DNA from: Callorhinchus milii
Taxonomy: Eukaryota
Length of the DNA: 64,000 nt
NCBI RefSeq assembly: GCF_018977255.1
Contig: NW_024704742.1
Coordinates: 136,774,001-136,838,000 of the forward strand
Direction: 5' to 3'
Shown: piece after piece, positions 46,726 to 59,680 of the stretch
Position numbering within the stretch: position 1 is the first letter of the stretch
Layout of the letters: every line of letters starts with the position of its first letter
Translations under genes and position numbers: made by a program
The notes under the pieces: model-generated
Databases searched by the model: none
What the model saw: only the letters and a program-made list of their open reading frames with translations
Told to the model about the DNA's origin: nothing

Positions 46726-46999
46726 TTGTGATGGGAATCCAGTCTAAAGAAAAAAACAAATTTATTTACAAATGTCCTGTTTGTAGGACGTTGCTGTATG
46801 CAAATTGGGCTGCCGCGCTGGCCGACAAATACACAGTCACTACACTTTACAGCCAATTGTGGTGGTGTTTGGGGGCTGATTGGATAGAATCACTCACAAG
46901 GGATCACTGGATAAACACTGAATGTTACTGTGATGTGGGGAGAGAGTGCTAGAAAGTGGGAATAAAAATATAGGTGTTTTAGATTCAGCTATAGGAAGT

Positions 47000-47900
47000 G
47001 CAGTGTCTAAATTTGCTGAGGACACCAAACTGGGGTGGGGGGAGCGGTTGGGGGTGGAGGATAATCAATAAAGGGGATTGCAGAAGAATGCAGGAAGACA
47101 TAAACAGGCTTGCAGAATGGGCAAACAGGTGGCAAATAAAGTTTAATGTAGGAAAATGCGAAAATTCACGTTGGAAAAATAAAGAAGCCATCTATAGTCC
47201 AGATGGTCATCTAAGAGGAGCAAAGAAATCCGGGGATTCAGATCTACACTCTCTAAAAGTAACTCCACAGGTAGATAAGGCTATAAAAAAGACCAATGGG
47301 GTTTTGGGCTTTATTTCCAGGGGGATAGGGTATAAAAGTCAGGGGGCGATGATGAATTTATGCAAAATCTCGCTTAGACCAAGCGCTTTTGAGATGTCTC
47401 GAAAACGTGATAAGGCGCTATATCAAATGTAAGGATTATTATTATTACGAGATCACATTCGGAATATTTTGTCCAAATCTGGTCTCCACATAATAGGAAG
47501 GATACAGCATTAATGGAGGGAGTACAGCGTAGGTTATGAGGATGATACCAGGGCTGACAGGATACTGCTGTCAGGATAGACGGGAGAGGTTGGGCTGTTT
47601 TCACTCGGGGGGTGGTGGGTGAGGCCTAATAGAAGTGTCTACAATTATACAAGGGTTCCGTAAGGTTAACATAAATAGGCTGTTTCCTTCCACTAGTTGA
47701 GTAACCAAAGGATACAAATATAAAATAATAACTCAGGGACTTAAAAGAGAATTTAAGAGGAACCACTTCACACAGAAGGTAGTGAGGTTGTGGAACTCGC
47801 TGTCTGAAACATTGGTGGAATCAGATAGTGCAGATGCATTTCAGAGAAAGCTAGACCTTCACGTGAGAGAGAGGGGAATAGAAGAGTGTGAGAGGGAATA
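47000..47900 (+). mobile_element. Degraded CR1 LINE (RT C-terminal half) with a SINE tail inserted at about 47381-47447
   Basis: DCRRMQEDINRLAEWANRWQIKFNVGKC and QVDKAIKKTNGVLGFISRGIGYKS peptides. Confidence 0.88.
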
Positions 47901-50414
47901 AGGAATAAGTGTGGACTGGTGTAGAAGTCCAGGAATGGTTCACTAGACTATTGTCTATTGTCTGGGCTTAACTATGAGGAGAGGCTTGGTAAACCGGGGC
48001 AAAAGATTCACGGTTTTAGAGCCATAGAAATTTATAGCACAGGAGAAAGCCATTCGGCCCATCGTGTCTGTGCCGGCTGTTTAAAAATTTTACCTTGTCT
48101 TTTTCTCATAACTCTGTAGTTTACTACTTTAAAGTGGTGTTACATTGAAGCGTATCTTAAAAACGTACAGTCGTTTGTGTTTTGGGGGAATAACAAGCCC
48201 TCCAAAAAAATGCGGCCACTCACTTAACAACTGTTCAGGGGACACCGCTGTACGGAATTGGCTGCCGTGCTCTCCGCCATCAAAATACACAGTCAATCCA
48301 CTTTACACTGTGAAGCGCTTTGAGATGTCTGTATCAAATGCAAGGATTATTATTATTATTATTATTTCCTGAATCGTTGGAACTCGCTCTGCCTTGCCTG
48401 CCTTCAGATCGGAGATGGAAGACTTTCCTCTTCAACCGTGACTCTGGTCACCTCCTCTTTCTCCCTGACTCCACGTCAAACCTGGCTATCGTTGATGGTG
48501 TATTGGACGCTACATGAACACAAGTTAAAAAGGTTAAAGCTCTGAACAGCATCCAAACATTTACCTTTAATTTTACGTGTGAGTGTGTGAGTGTGTGTGT
48601 GTCAGGCGGAGGAGGGCGGGTGGAGGGAGGGTATATAAATGTCACTGTTAGACCTGGGACGTGCTGGAAATAGTGTAATGGCTATAGGCTGCGCCAGGGT
48701 CTAATCACCACAGTAGTCCCCGTTGCCATAGTTCCAGCCCCAATAAACCTCCAGAGACCCAAACTGGCCGAATGGGAAGCCAGGACGGGCTGGTCTGCAT
48801 ACTGGGGCTAATGGTTACATCCCAATAACCTTTTGAAGCCTGGAGCGGAGGAATTTACAGCCCTAATTAAGACCAGATCAGGCCTAAATCAGACTGGAAG
48901 TGAATTACTGTATCCACAGCGGCTTTGGGACCCCTTCATGTCTTTACCTCGGCTCGGGTTTCACGCTCCGATCAGGGAGAGGAGGAGGGAGAAAACCCCC
49001 TTCCCAACCCCAACCCCCACCCACACACTCACTTAGACACACCCACACACATACACACATACACACTCACTCACACATACACACTCACTTACACACACCC
49101 ATACATACATACTCACACACATCCACACCATACATACACACTCACTTACACACACCCGCGCACATACACACTCACTTACACACACCCACACACATACACA
49201 CTCACTTATACACAACCACCCACCCACACCCACACACACACTTCCCGATCTAGGTTTACATAGCATTTCAGTGCGTCCAGACTTTACTAAGCCAGAATTT
49301 GCCGTTGCTGTAACCGCGGCAACGAGGCCTTCTGTTGAATTCAGTCTTAACTCGGCCGAGACGTTAAACCGAGGTTTCCGTCTGCGCCTTTTCAGGGGGA
49401 CGTTAAAGATCCCATTCGCAAAAGAGAAGGGAGTTCCTTTCCTTGTCGACAAGACCCCTCCTCAACTCCCCAATAAAATCAGCCATTCAGTTCTGTAGCT
49501 GTTTGGGCGAAGTTGCTCTGTGAAGTATATTCTGTGAAGCGCTTTGAGACGTCTCGAAGACGTGATAAGGCGCTGAATCAAATACTAGGATTATTCTTAT
49601 TAGTAATTGGCTGCATATTCGAATAATACATAATAATAATAAATAAACCTTGCAATTGGAAGGACATCTCAATTCGCTTCCCAATTTTATTTGGGGGACT
49701 ATTGGCCCGGACACCGGGAGAGAGAAAAACTCCCTTCTCTTTTTGAATAGTGTTGCGGGATCTTTACCATCCACCTGAACAGGCACACACGGGACCTCAG
49801 TTTAACGTCTCATTCATGCCTCCAACAATGTAGTCCTGCTCCACGTCACTGCACTGAGCGTCAGCCGAGACTGTGAGTTCAAAGCCCCGACCCACAACCT
49901 TCTCACTCAGAGTTGAGGGCGCCACCAAAATAAAAATCCTTGCATTTGATATGGCACCTTATTGTGTCATTGAGACGTCTCAAAGCGCTTCACAGAACGT
50001 ACTGCAAAGTGGATTGACTGTATATTTTCTGGGCGAAAAGCGACAGCCAATTGCACACAGCAGACTGACCCCTTTTGGGGGGCGGGGGAGCGATGGAGGC
50101 GAGGGGAGAAAAGATAAAGGTGTACCTACCAAGGGGTTAAACAAAAGCCCATTGAAATGCTCGCCTGGCATTGGCAGCAGATGGCAGCAGATTAGTGCTG
50201 TGCTTTTGCAAATTGCTGAAAACTAAAAGTCTTCACCGGGCTGTGCAACACACAAGTGTCTGCAGATTTAATCTGCTCGGCCCGAGACAATAGAGCACTT
50301 ACTATGTGTGTCCAATGGCTGCGAGCTCCGAGCCCAATCCTGAGAAGGTCAGTATAAGAATACGAGACTCCCTGTTACCTCTGGCTGCTTACATCGATAA
50401 TAATATAGTAAGAA

Positions 50415-50695
50415 TAATGCTTGCATTTGATATAGCGGCTTATCACATATTCGAGACGTCTCAAAGCGCTTCAGGAGTATATTGTAAAGTGTAGTGACTG
50501 TATATTTTGTGGGCGAAACGCGGCAGCCAATTGCTCACAGCGGTGTCCCACAAATTGAGCGACCAAATTATTTATTCATTACTATTTTATCTTTTTTGGA
50601 AGGGATTATTATCGCCTATTAGTCGATCTGCCAATCGGGTTCGTACTTACTGCCAAGTATACAAAGGCGTGTGGAGTAGGGAAACTTGCCCAAAG
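50415..50695 (-). mobile_element. SINE family A, 5'-truncated
   Basis: Reverse tail and body. Confidence 0.8.
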
Positions 50696-50865
50696 GTATC
50701 GATTAATAGAGATTAGGATACTTGATAAATTATGGAACCACAGATGGCTGGGAGATGTCAGTCTGACCTCAGCTCATTGCAAACACAACACTCAGGAAGA
50801 TGCTCAGCTTATTGGTGGATTAGCCCTCAGCCTGTGGCTGCCTCCTCGAACACTCGCGTCTGGGT

Positions 50866-51240
50866 CAAAAACAACAACAAATCACACTTACACGGCGTCT
50901 TTCACATCTGGTGGACATCCCAAGGTGCTGGACAGTCAGGGATTTCGATCCGAGCTGGGGGTTGGGATCAGGAGGGAAAGGAGGGTGGGGGTAGGAGATT
51001 GACCGATGGCGGGGTTGAATAGAAGGGTCTTGAGATGAGCTTTGAAGTGACGGACCCCGTTCCCCCCTTTGGCCAAAGGAGAGGGCGAGACAAAGGGACT
51101 GTGGAATGGGGTTCAAGAGGGTGGGGGCAGAGAGGCTGAAGACCTGTCCGCCGATGGTGGGGCGGGCCGGCCAGGGCCTAAGGAGCAGGCCAGAGTTCGT
51201 TGAGTGGAGGGAGCGACCAGGTCTGTACGGAGTTAGCAAA
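50866..51240 (-). mobile_element. L2 3' fragment
   Basis: LTPYRPGRSLHSTNSGLL..PTIGGQVFSLSAP peptide and tail. Confidence 0.85.
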
Positions 51241-51599
51241 TTCAGGCCGGAGGCTTTGAGTTCACACAGAGCTGGTGGTTGGGGTGGGGGGTGCGGGGTG
51301 GGGGCAGCTTTATTGTCAGAGGTGCTGTGTTTCAGAAGTGATATTAAACTGAGGTCCCGCTGTGCCAGTTCAGGAAGTAATTCTCACAGCGCTATTGGCA
51401 AAGAGAAGTGGCTGACAATCCCCCCAATAAAATTGGTTCTTCATTTCACAGCTGTTTGTGGGTCACTGCGGTCAAGTTAACTGGTCAATTCTTCGGCACA
51501 GGAAAGTGTGTATGCGCATTTAATGTGTATGTGTGTGTTAACGTGTGAGCATGTGTGTAACTGTGTGCCTGTGTGTATGTATGTGTCTAGCTTGGCGAT

Positions 51600-52010
51600 G
51601 TCTTCCCGATGTAAAAAGCACAAGGAATTCTATTGCACCTCATGGCTGTCCCCTCCCTCACAAGGTCTGCCTCAAACCTTCCTCTTGGACTACATTTCGG
51701 TCATTCCCCTCCACAACCTACCTGACTCCCCCAACTCCCCCTAGGCTGCTCTGTTGCCTTCGATACCGTGGACCACTCCATCCTCCTCCACCGCCTCTCC
51801 TTTCACCGCAACCTTCAAAGTTCTGTCCTTGAATGGTTCAGGTCTTATCTCTCACATCATCTCCAATTTGTCTCCGCCAACGGTTTCTCTTCCAGCCCCG
51901 CACAGTCGCATGCGGTGTTCCTCAGGGCTCTCTCCTTGGTCCCCTCTTCTTCAACCTCTACATGTTCCCCCTTGCTGACATCATCCGTAGACATGGAGTC
52001 AACTTCCTCA
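51600..52010 (+). mobile_element. L2 reverse transcriptase internal fragment, frameshifted
   Basis: [19 protein letters not shown] and [32 protein letters not shown] peptides. Confidence 0.85.
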
Positions 52011-52699
52011 ACTCAACTTCCTCCTCAACTTGGGGTTAATTGGTTGATCGCTTTTCGGGGGTAATAATCCATCCAAAAAAAACACATTTACGCACTCAAT
52101 CTAGGACAGTTTGCGGGACACTGCTGTGTGCAATTGGCTGCTGCATTTTGCCCACAGTTAATGTCACTTTACACTATGTTCTGAGTAGTGCTTTGAGATG
52201 TCTCAATGCCAAGGTAAGGTACTATATCAAACGCAAAAATTATTATTATTATTACTATTATTATTATTATTGGTGTGGGACGTTGCTGTGAGCAAATCAA
52301 CTGCCACATTTGTCTACAAAATACCAATCACTACACTTAGGGATGTTTCAGAGATGTAGAGAAACGCTGTACCAAACAGCACGATCGGTATATATTCTTA
52401 TTCTCCTCTGTATTGTTCCCAGCTCCTGTCTGTGATGAGACAGAGCCAACTGGAGTTGAACCAGACGTTCTGTACAAATACTGACATCCCCTTGGCTTGT
52501 ATCAGCTTTACGTCCTTGTGCCGCAGTTTATTCTGGAGATAGTATCTCTCTGTGTACAGTTGGGCATAAACATTGCTTTGTTCATGAGTGATCAATGGCG
52601 AGAGAAAGCCTGTCTTGTGGTTTGAGCGCAGCCTGGCACTCATCCTGAACCAACCCATCTACTGCTCCAAGAGACGTGACTCAGAGTCAATGCCTATCG

Positions 52700-53325
52700 T
52701 TTTGTTTTGGTCAGCCAGGTGTCTTAACACACTCGGAAAACCATCACCTTGGCTTAAGAATCCAAACCAAACTAAGAATTCCCTGCATCCCACTTACACA
52801 TGGAAATCTCAGAGAGAGATTGTTGGAATGGAATGCGCTCTCTCCCTGGAGGGACACTTCCTGCTTACTTAATTCCGGAAAATATTAGGTATAGGTTGGC
52901 AAGAGCCAAGGCTTAGGGATCCCAGTGTGCGCGATGGGGTAAATGCTGGAGTCTAACCAGCTAAAACCGCATAGCTTGCCATTAATCGCGCTGTCTGGGA
53001 AGCTTTCCCGCTGCTTGTCCTGCTAGGATCACCCAAGCCATCGGGGCTTTATCTGCAAGGTTAATAGGAGCTGAGTGGGATGTCTCTGAGCCCCATGACT
53101 CGTCTGCCCGTCCAGGTCCTGCCGATGGACTGGGCGTGTTGTCATCAGCAGTGAGTGCCCTGGAACACTGAGGACCCGCCAGGCTCTGGAACCAGACTAG
53201 AGACTATCACAGAGGGTGGAATTGATTCTGACCTTTCGTTGTCAAACATGTCATATTGGAGACAGTGCACCTTCAAAGAGACCCTGCTTACCTCCCCTCC
53301 CAAGGAGGATGACTGGCACCAGCTA
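52700..53325. repeat. Unclassified interspersed repeat, copy 3
   Basis: Collinear with 18590-19190. Confidence 0.85.
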
Positions 53326-54699
53326 ATGTTTCCGCTCTCTGCTCTCACTGGCTGTGATCGGGGAGTTTCCTCAGTCAGTTCCCAGCTTCCCCCAGAACGA
53401 TCACCGAATCTCGGGAATAAAATGGCGATTCATGGCTTTCCGATCAGGGAGGGACAGGAGGAGGCCATTCAGCCACTGAGCCTGCTCCCCCACCTTAGTG
53501 CAGTTAGTTACTGTGTTCACCTGCAGTGCATCTGACAAAATTAATGTTAAAAGTATACTGGAAAACGGCAGGGAACGAGATTAGAGTAGAGAGCTCCAGT
53601 GGGGGAGTGAGCACCAGCGCAGACACGATGACTTCTTCATTTACATATAGTCAGAAACACTCACAGATTCAGACATATAGTCTCACACACACACACACTT
53701 TCAAACCACTTACTCACGCGCTCGCAGAATCAGTCTCATACACAGACCCATACATACACTGCTCTCATACTCACATACACGCACTGAGACATGCACACAT
53801 TTACACAGACTCCGTTACACATACTCACACAGATAGAGAACGAAAACCAAATTAATTCAAGTTTCTTTTAATTGTTTAACATGGAGCCCGCCTTAAGATT
53901 CATCCAGTGCCCTGGTAATACAGTACATTAAAGATATACAAAGCAGGACATTCACAGAGCCTTGGGATGAACTTTGACCGGTGGTTAAGTCATACATAGC
54001 AGCATACGTGCGTGCATGCATTAACGGACAGACTGGCACATTACCAATAAAAGCACTGTATTTTTTTTGTAAATTAAAACAAAAAAAGTAGCCATTGAAT
54101 GTGGGGGGAAAAATGCAGCATGTGATGTGATAAATTACCGCCAGTGATAATTATCACATCATCTGAAATCCTTTTAATGTTTAACAATGGTTCCCATCAA
54201 ATGATAGTCAACCAGTGAGTAATATTCTCAACCATTTATCACAGACTGCAACAGGTTACCAGGAAGGGTGGTTGAGGTCAGGGCACTGCGAATCATTTAA
54301 CAAGCAGCTTGATGCTGTGATGGTGGAATGGTAGAGCAGATGTTATGGAGATTGAGATTGGATGAGTTGAAGAACCTTCTTCATCTGAACCCAACCTTCT
54401 GCTCGATTGTGACAATAATCACGTCAGCTTTGGGACATCGCAGTCTTTACACACTCTCCCTCCCACTTCCGTCCAATGCCCGACTCCCCCTCCCGCCCCA
54501 CGGATGCCCACATCGCTTTGTTCCAATCTGTAAAATCTTCCTTCAGTACCCAAAACCCGCCCACCTCCACCCCCACATCAACTGGGACAGTCCATCGAAA
54601 CCATCCAATCCATGAAAATACATTGTCATTCCTAAATACACCCGTTATCTTCCTAAACACATCCGGTATTTTCTTGAACATGTCCCACTCCATATCCAT

Positions 54700-54865
54700 T
54701 CAAATTTTCCAGACTGAGGTGGATAGATATTTGTTAGGTCAAGGGATCAAGGGATATGGGGCAAAGGAGGGTAATTAGAGTTGAGGTAAAGATCAGCCAT
54801 GATCTTATAGAATGACGGAACAGGCTTGAGGGGCTGAATGGCCTTCTCCTGTTCCTATGTTCCTA
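54700..54865 (+). mobile_element. CR1 3' end
   Basis: FQTEVDRYLLGQGIKGYG peptide; tail gggctgaatggccttctcctgttcctatgttccta. Confidence 0.8.
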
Positions 54866-55094
54866 CATTGTAAGTGTGCTCCGAAATACTTCCCTCCCAC
54901 CCATCCTCTGAATAATGGTCGACACCCAGGGCAAAGGTTACAGGTGCCGGACGTCATGTTGGATTTGCTAATTGCGTGTGAGTGCTGCGGAGCAGTCCTC
55001 TCGGGCGTGGGCGGGGTAAACCCCAGCGTCACCCCAACCAAACCAAGAGGCCGTCTCCTGCACATGAAAAATAGCTCCCTGCTCCTCCATTCCC

Positions 55095-55200
55095 CGTACT
55101 CTCTCCCCATCGTGTCTGTGCTGGTGCTCGCTCCCCCACTGGAGCTCTCTACTCTAACCCCATGCCCCTGCTCTCTCCCCATCGTGTCTGTGCTGGTGCT
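55095..55200. repeat. Tandem unit of about 70 bp (ccccatcgtgtctgtgctggtgctcgctcccccactggagctctctactctaaccccat); dispersed copies at about 30155-30270, 53578-53630 (reverse), 55585-55840 and 57620-57720
   Basis: Direct sequence similarity among the loci. Confidence 0.75.
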
Positions 55201-58200
55201 CAGGGAGTCATCCCACCTGTGAGGTCCTTCTGACATCTGCCTCTGGTGGCAATTAACACCAGACACTGGTCCTTGGGGAGGGAGCTGGTGAGGTGGAGTG
55301 CTGAGACATGACCAACATTCCACAGTGTTTTATAGGGGACAGAGATCAGGGGCACACCTTGCTCAGCTCACCTTCACTCCCTCCCTCACACCCACCAGGC
55401 AACTCACTGCAGCGGAATGTGAGCTTCAGTCACGAACATACAGATAGCGCTGAGCTGGGAACAGCTCAACCAACAAACAGCACGAGCGGCTCATTCTAGC
55501 CACCAGACACGTCACCAGACATCCGCGATCAGTCACTGGGACTCAAACTCATAAGAACGTTTACAGCGAACGGAGTTGATTCAGTCCATTGTATCTGTGC
55601 TGGGGCTCGCTCCCCCATTCATCTCTAACCACCATTCATAGAATCACACAGCACAGAAGAGAGCCACTCGGCCCATCGTGTCCATACCGGCTCTTTGAAA
55701 AAGCTACCAACTAGTCCCACTCACCCGCTCTTACCCCATTATCAAGTACCTATCCAATTGCCCTTCTCTTTCCCCATTGTATCTGTGCAGCTTCTCGCTC
55801 CCCCACACTGGAGCTCTCTACTCTAATCCAATTCAATGCTCTTTCTCTAAATTTTACAGTATTACTTTCCAATCTAATTCCCCCTGAAACACTTTTTGGC
55901 CTTCAACAGCGATTTGTAGTGGATATGGCCTACTAAGTACAGTCATTACACTTTACATTGGATTCTGTGTAGTGCTTTGAAAGGTACTTCCAATGTGAAA
56001 GGCGCTTAATAATAAATAAGAATTATTATTTATTGGCAGCCTTCAGCTAATATTGCCCTGACTCGAGAGGGGGCGGGGGGAGGGTGCTGTAAGAAGTGGT
56101 GGGCGTGGGAAGAGACAGGGCTAAACTTGCCAAAAAAGGAGAGAACAAAATAAATGAAAGGGCTTGTGAAATGCTTCACTCTCTCTCTCTCTTTCTGAAT
56201 CACACACAACAGCCAAAACATTGAAGTTGAGGCGTTGGGTGTAAAAATAAGGCTGCGTTTGAGGTATTTGGAAACAAGGATACATTAAGAAAACAAACAC
56301 TGAAAAGCCTTTAAAAGGCCTGAGCCTATCCAAACACCTCCCCCGTCCCTCAAGTCCTTTTCATTTCACTTCATTAAAAAGGCCAGTTGCAAACTCACAC
56401 CGCGGGGCTGAGAGAATGTAGTTTTTCTTTCCGACGGGCTGGAAGACCGCACTCTGCAGTTCAAAGGGAACGGGGTTAAGCTGCTTCTCAGCACAGTCGT
56501 TCCTTTATACCTCACTGTGGGAATGAGAATCCATACAGTTTCTGCTCTGCCCAGGGGTGTGTGTGTGTGTGTTGTGTGTGGGGGTTGGGGAGGTAGTTGT
56601 GGGGGTGAAGCAGAGTAATATTCTTAAAGGACCCAGACGGCAAACTTCACGGCGGGACTTTGTACTGACAATCTAGGCTGACACATTCCCACCCGCACCC
56701 CTTCTGATCCCCCCCACCAGCTTAGCTCCACATCCTTGACCATCCAGCGCTTTCGGACGTCCTCCCGACGTGAAAGGCAGGTGTTCAAATGTAAGTTTTT
56801 ATTGTTGTTGTTGTTGACACTGTGAGAGAGCACTTCCTTCAGATTAGACGTTCAACCAATGTCCCTTCTGCCTGTTCATTAACTGCCTGGAGATTAACTG
56901 ATACAATTGGAAAAGAGAAGCGACTTTCTCTCTCCCGGTGTCCTGGCCAACAATCCTTCAAATAAAATTGGTCGCTCACTTCATAGCTGCTTGTGGGGCA
57001 TTGGTTGTACAAATTTGGCTACCATAAAATACACAGTCACTACACTTTACAATAATTCCCTGTGAATCGTTTTGGGATATTTTGATGTTGTAAATGTTAC
57101 ATCAAACGCAAAGATTATTGTCAAAGATCCGCAATGATCCAATAAGCTGATGAAGGCTTGATGACCTTCCTCCTATTCCTCACACAGGAAACCCCCGCCT
57201 CGTATTATAACACAGGTCCAATATCTGAGACTTTAGGTCACAACCAGAGTGGTTCTGATTTCTGGTGAGTTGACCGCTACATATATCCTTCGTCATCACT
57301 GTCGGTGGTGCATCCTGCATGGAGCAGACCCACAATATATATAAGCCATACTCTAAATACATCATGGGGAGAGAGTGCTCACAGTATTGTTTGTTTTGCT
57401 CAGCCCAGTTTCCTGAGCAATTGTTATTGGATGGTCAGTCGGTGTGTCATTATCTCTTTCCGCTTCTATGGCCATAATTAACCCTTTTAGTCCTGCAGAC
57501 TTGAAAAGTACATGTAGGTGTCGTTGGTGGCTCAGTGGGTAAGGTGCTCCTGGGCACAGCATTGGGCCACACATTCCCAAAAACTGACTGGTTCCAATCC
57601 ACAGGTATGAAGTGGGTTTGTCTCTCCCACTGGAGCTCTCTGCTCTAACCCCATTCCCTGCTCTCTCCCCATCGTGTCTGTACTGGTGCTCCCTCCCCCA
57701 CTGAAACTTTCTACTCTACCCCCCCGTTCTCCTTTTCCTATACCACTAAATATTATTTTACCCTCAAGTGTTTACCTGAGTTTGAATATATCCAGTGATC
57801 TCCTGATAACTTGACCCAGGCTTAACTTGTCACTACCACTTAAATCATCATGTTGTCAATATCGTGGCTGCATTTATTTATGTGTTTATACGTGTGCCCA
57901 ACTTGCCGATCCTGATAACTCGTCACTGAGCCCTTTGCCCTTAGAGTGACTAGTTATCAGGAGATTACTGTATGCAGTATATACGAAATACAAAACCGGC
58001 TTTTTTTTCTTAAAAGCTCAAAAACATTTTGCAAGAAATCAGAGTGAGAGAGAGCGCGGCAAGGTGGGGGTGGGGTGTGTGGAGGGGGGGGGGGGGGGGG
58101 GGGGGGGGGGCAGGGAAGCACCATACCAGGTGGGGAGAGAGAAATAAAGAACATTTGCCGTCTGTCAATCGAAAGCTCACAGACTCCACAGATCAGTCCC

Positions 58201-59144
58201 GGTGTCTGCAGCCCTTCCTGGGACTAGTCTGGTGAGGACAGTTGGTGCTCAGGAGCCAGCCAGCCTGGGGTGAGGAGGTCAGGCCGAGTGCTGAGACACT
58301 GGTCCCAGCATCTGAGCGGGGGGAGAGGGAGCGGAGAGCGGTTGGTGGGGGGGAGAGAGACGGACGTCAGCTGCTGAGGAGATAATAGGACCATCTGCCT
58401 GTTAATGCAGCAGGCTTTCAAACAGCACTTTTTAATAAGAAGGCGATGAGGAGGGGAGGGAATTTCACATAAAGACACAGAGAGCATACCCGATCACTGC
58501 TTTTGTCACACATGAAATCGGAGCCGTGCTGCTCCAAGGCTGTTGTAACTAGTCCTGGCTTTAAACTTTACACCGCTGGCTGGCAGGTTCCTCTGTATTT
58601 ACAGAATAAAGATATGTTATATACCTGTATATCTATTGACGAGCAAAATTTTAGGATGCTAAACAAGCACGAAGGCTCCTCCTCACCGTACACCTACACC
58701 CCCCCCAACTCTCACCCCCTTTCCTAACTTGTCCCAAAATAAAATCATTGGGGAGCAAAGAGGAGGAAAGCTATGTGTGTGTGTGTGTATATGAGGGAGA
58801 AGTTTGCAGGTCTTCAAACACTCGGGATAACTCGTCACTGAATTCTCTTCCCTTGCAGCGACGAGCCATCAGGAGTTTAATAATAATAATAATCCTTGCA
58901 TTTGATACAAGAGCCTTATCATGTTGTTGAGACGTCTCAAAGCGCTTCACACACTATACTGTAAAGTGGAATTAACTGTGTACTTCTGTTTAGAAACATA
59001 CATTCCCCACTCCACTAAAGATCACAGGTTACCAGCTCAGACTATAGGTTAGTCTGTTTTACAATATTTGGTTTCTCTTGGTCCCAAGTTTTTAACTTGC
59101 ATTTCGTAACCTCAGCTGATTTGAAAAGATGGTTAGTGAAGAGC

Positions 59145-59680
59145 AATGACGACAAATTACATTTACACAGGGCCTTTCATGTCGGGAGGTCGTCCCAAGG
59201 CGCTGGACAGTGAAGGATTTGTACCCAACCCGGCGGGTGATGCTCAGAGGGGAAGAGGATAGGGATAGCAGTGGTAGGATGACTGTAGGAACAGTCAGAG
59301 GGTGCTGAGATGGGCATTAAAGGAGGCAAGGAGGGTGTGAGGAAAATGGACTGTGGATGGAGTTCCAGAGGATGGGGCAGACAGGCTGAAGACTGAACTG
59401 CCGATGGTGGACCAGGCAGGTAAACGCCTCTGTTTACCTAGCAGTAAATAGAAACCCAGTTGTTAGTCGATTGGTGGATCACTTTCCGGGGGTAATAATC
59501 CATCCAAAAAGAAATTGGGTCACTCAATCCACGACTGTTTGTGGGACACTGCTGTATGCAATTGGCTGCCGTGTTTCATCCACAAAATATACAGTCAATT
59601 CACTTTACAGTATATTCTGTGAAGCGCTTTGAGATGCCTCAACGACAGGATAAGACGCTATAACAAATACAAGGATTAAT
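59145..59680. mobile_element. L2 3' fragment (-, 59145-59420) abutting a 5'-truncated family-A SINE (+, 59425-59680)
   Basis: Reverse L2 tail; SINE body and tail. Confidence 0.8.

Noticed and set aside
52398..52690. Unique-looking segment with an 86-aa minus-strand ORF
   Set aside because: No recognisable protein similarity and no convincing splice-site pair; could be non-coding.
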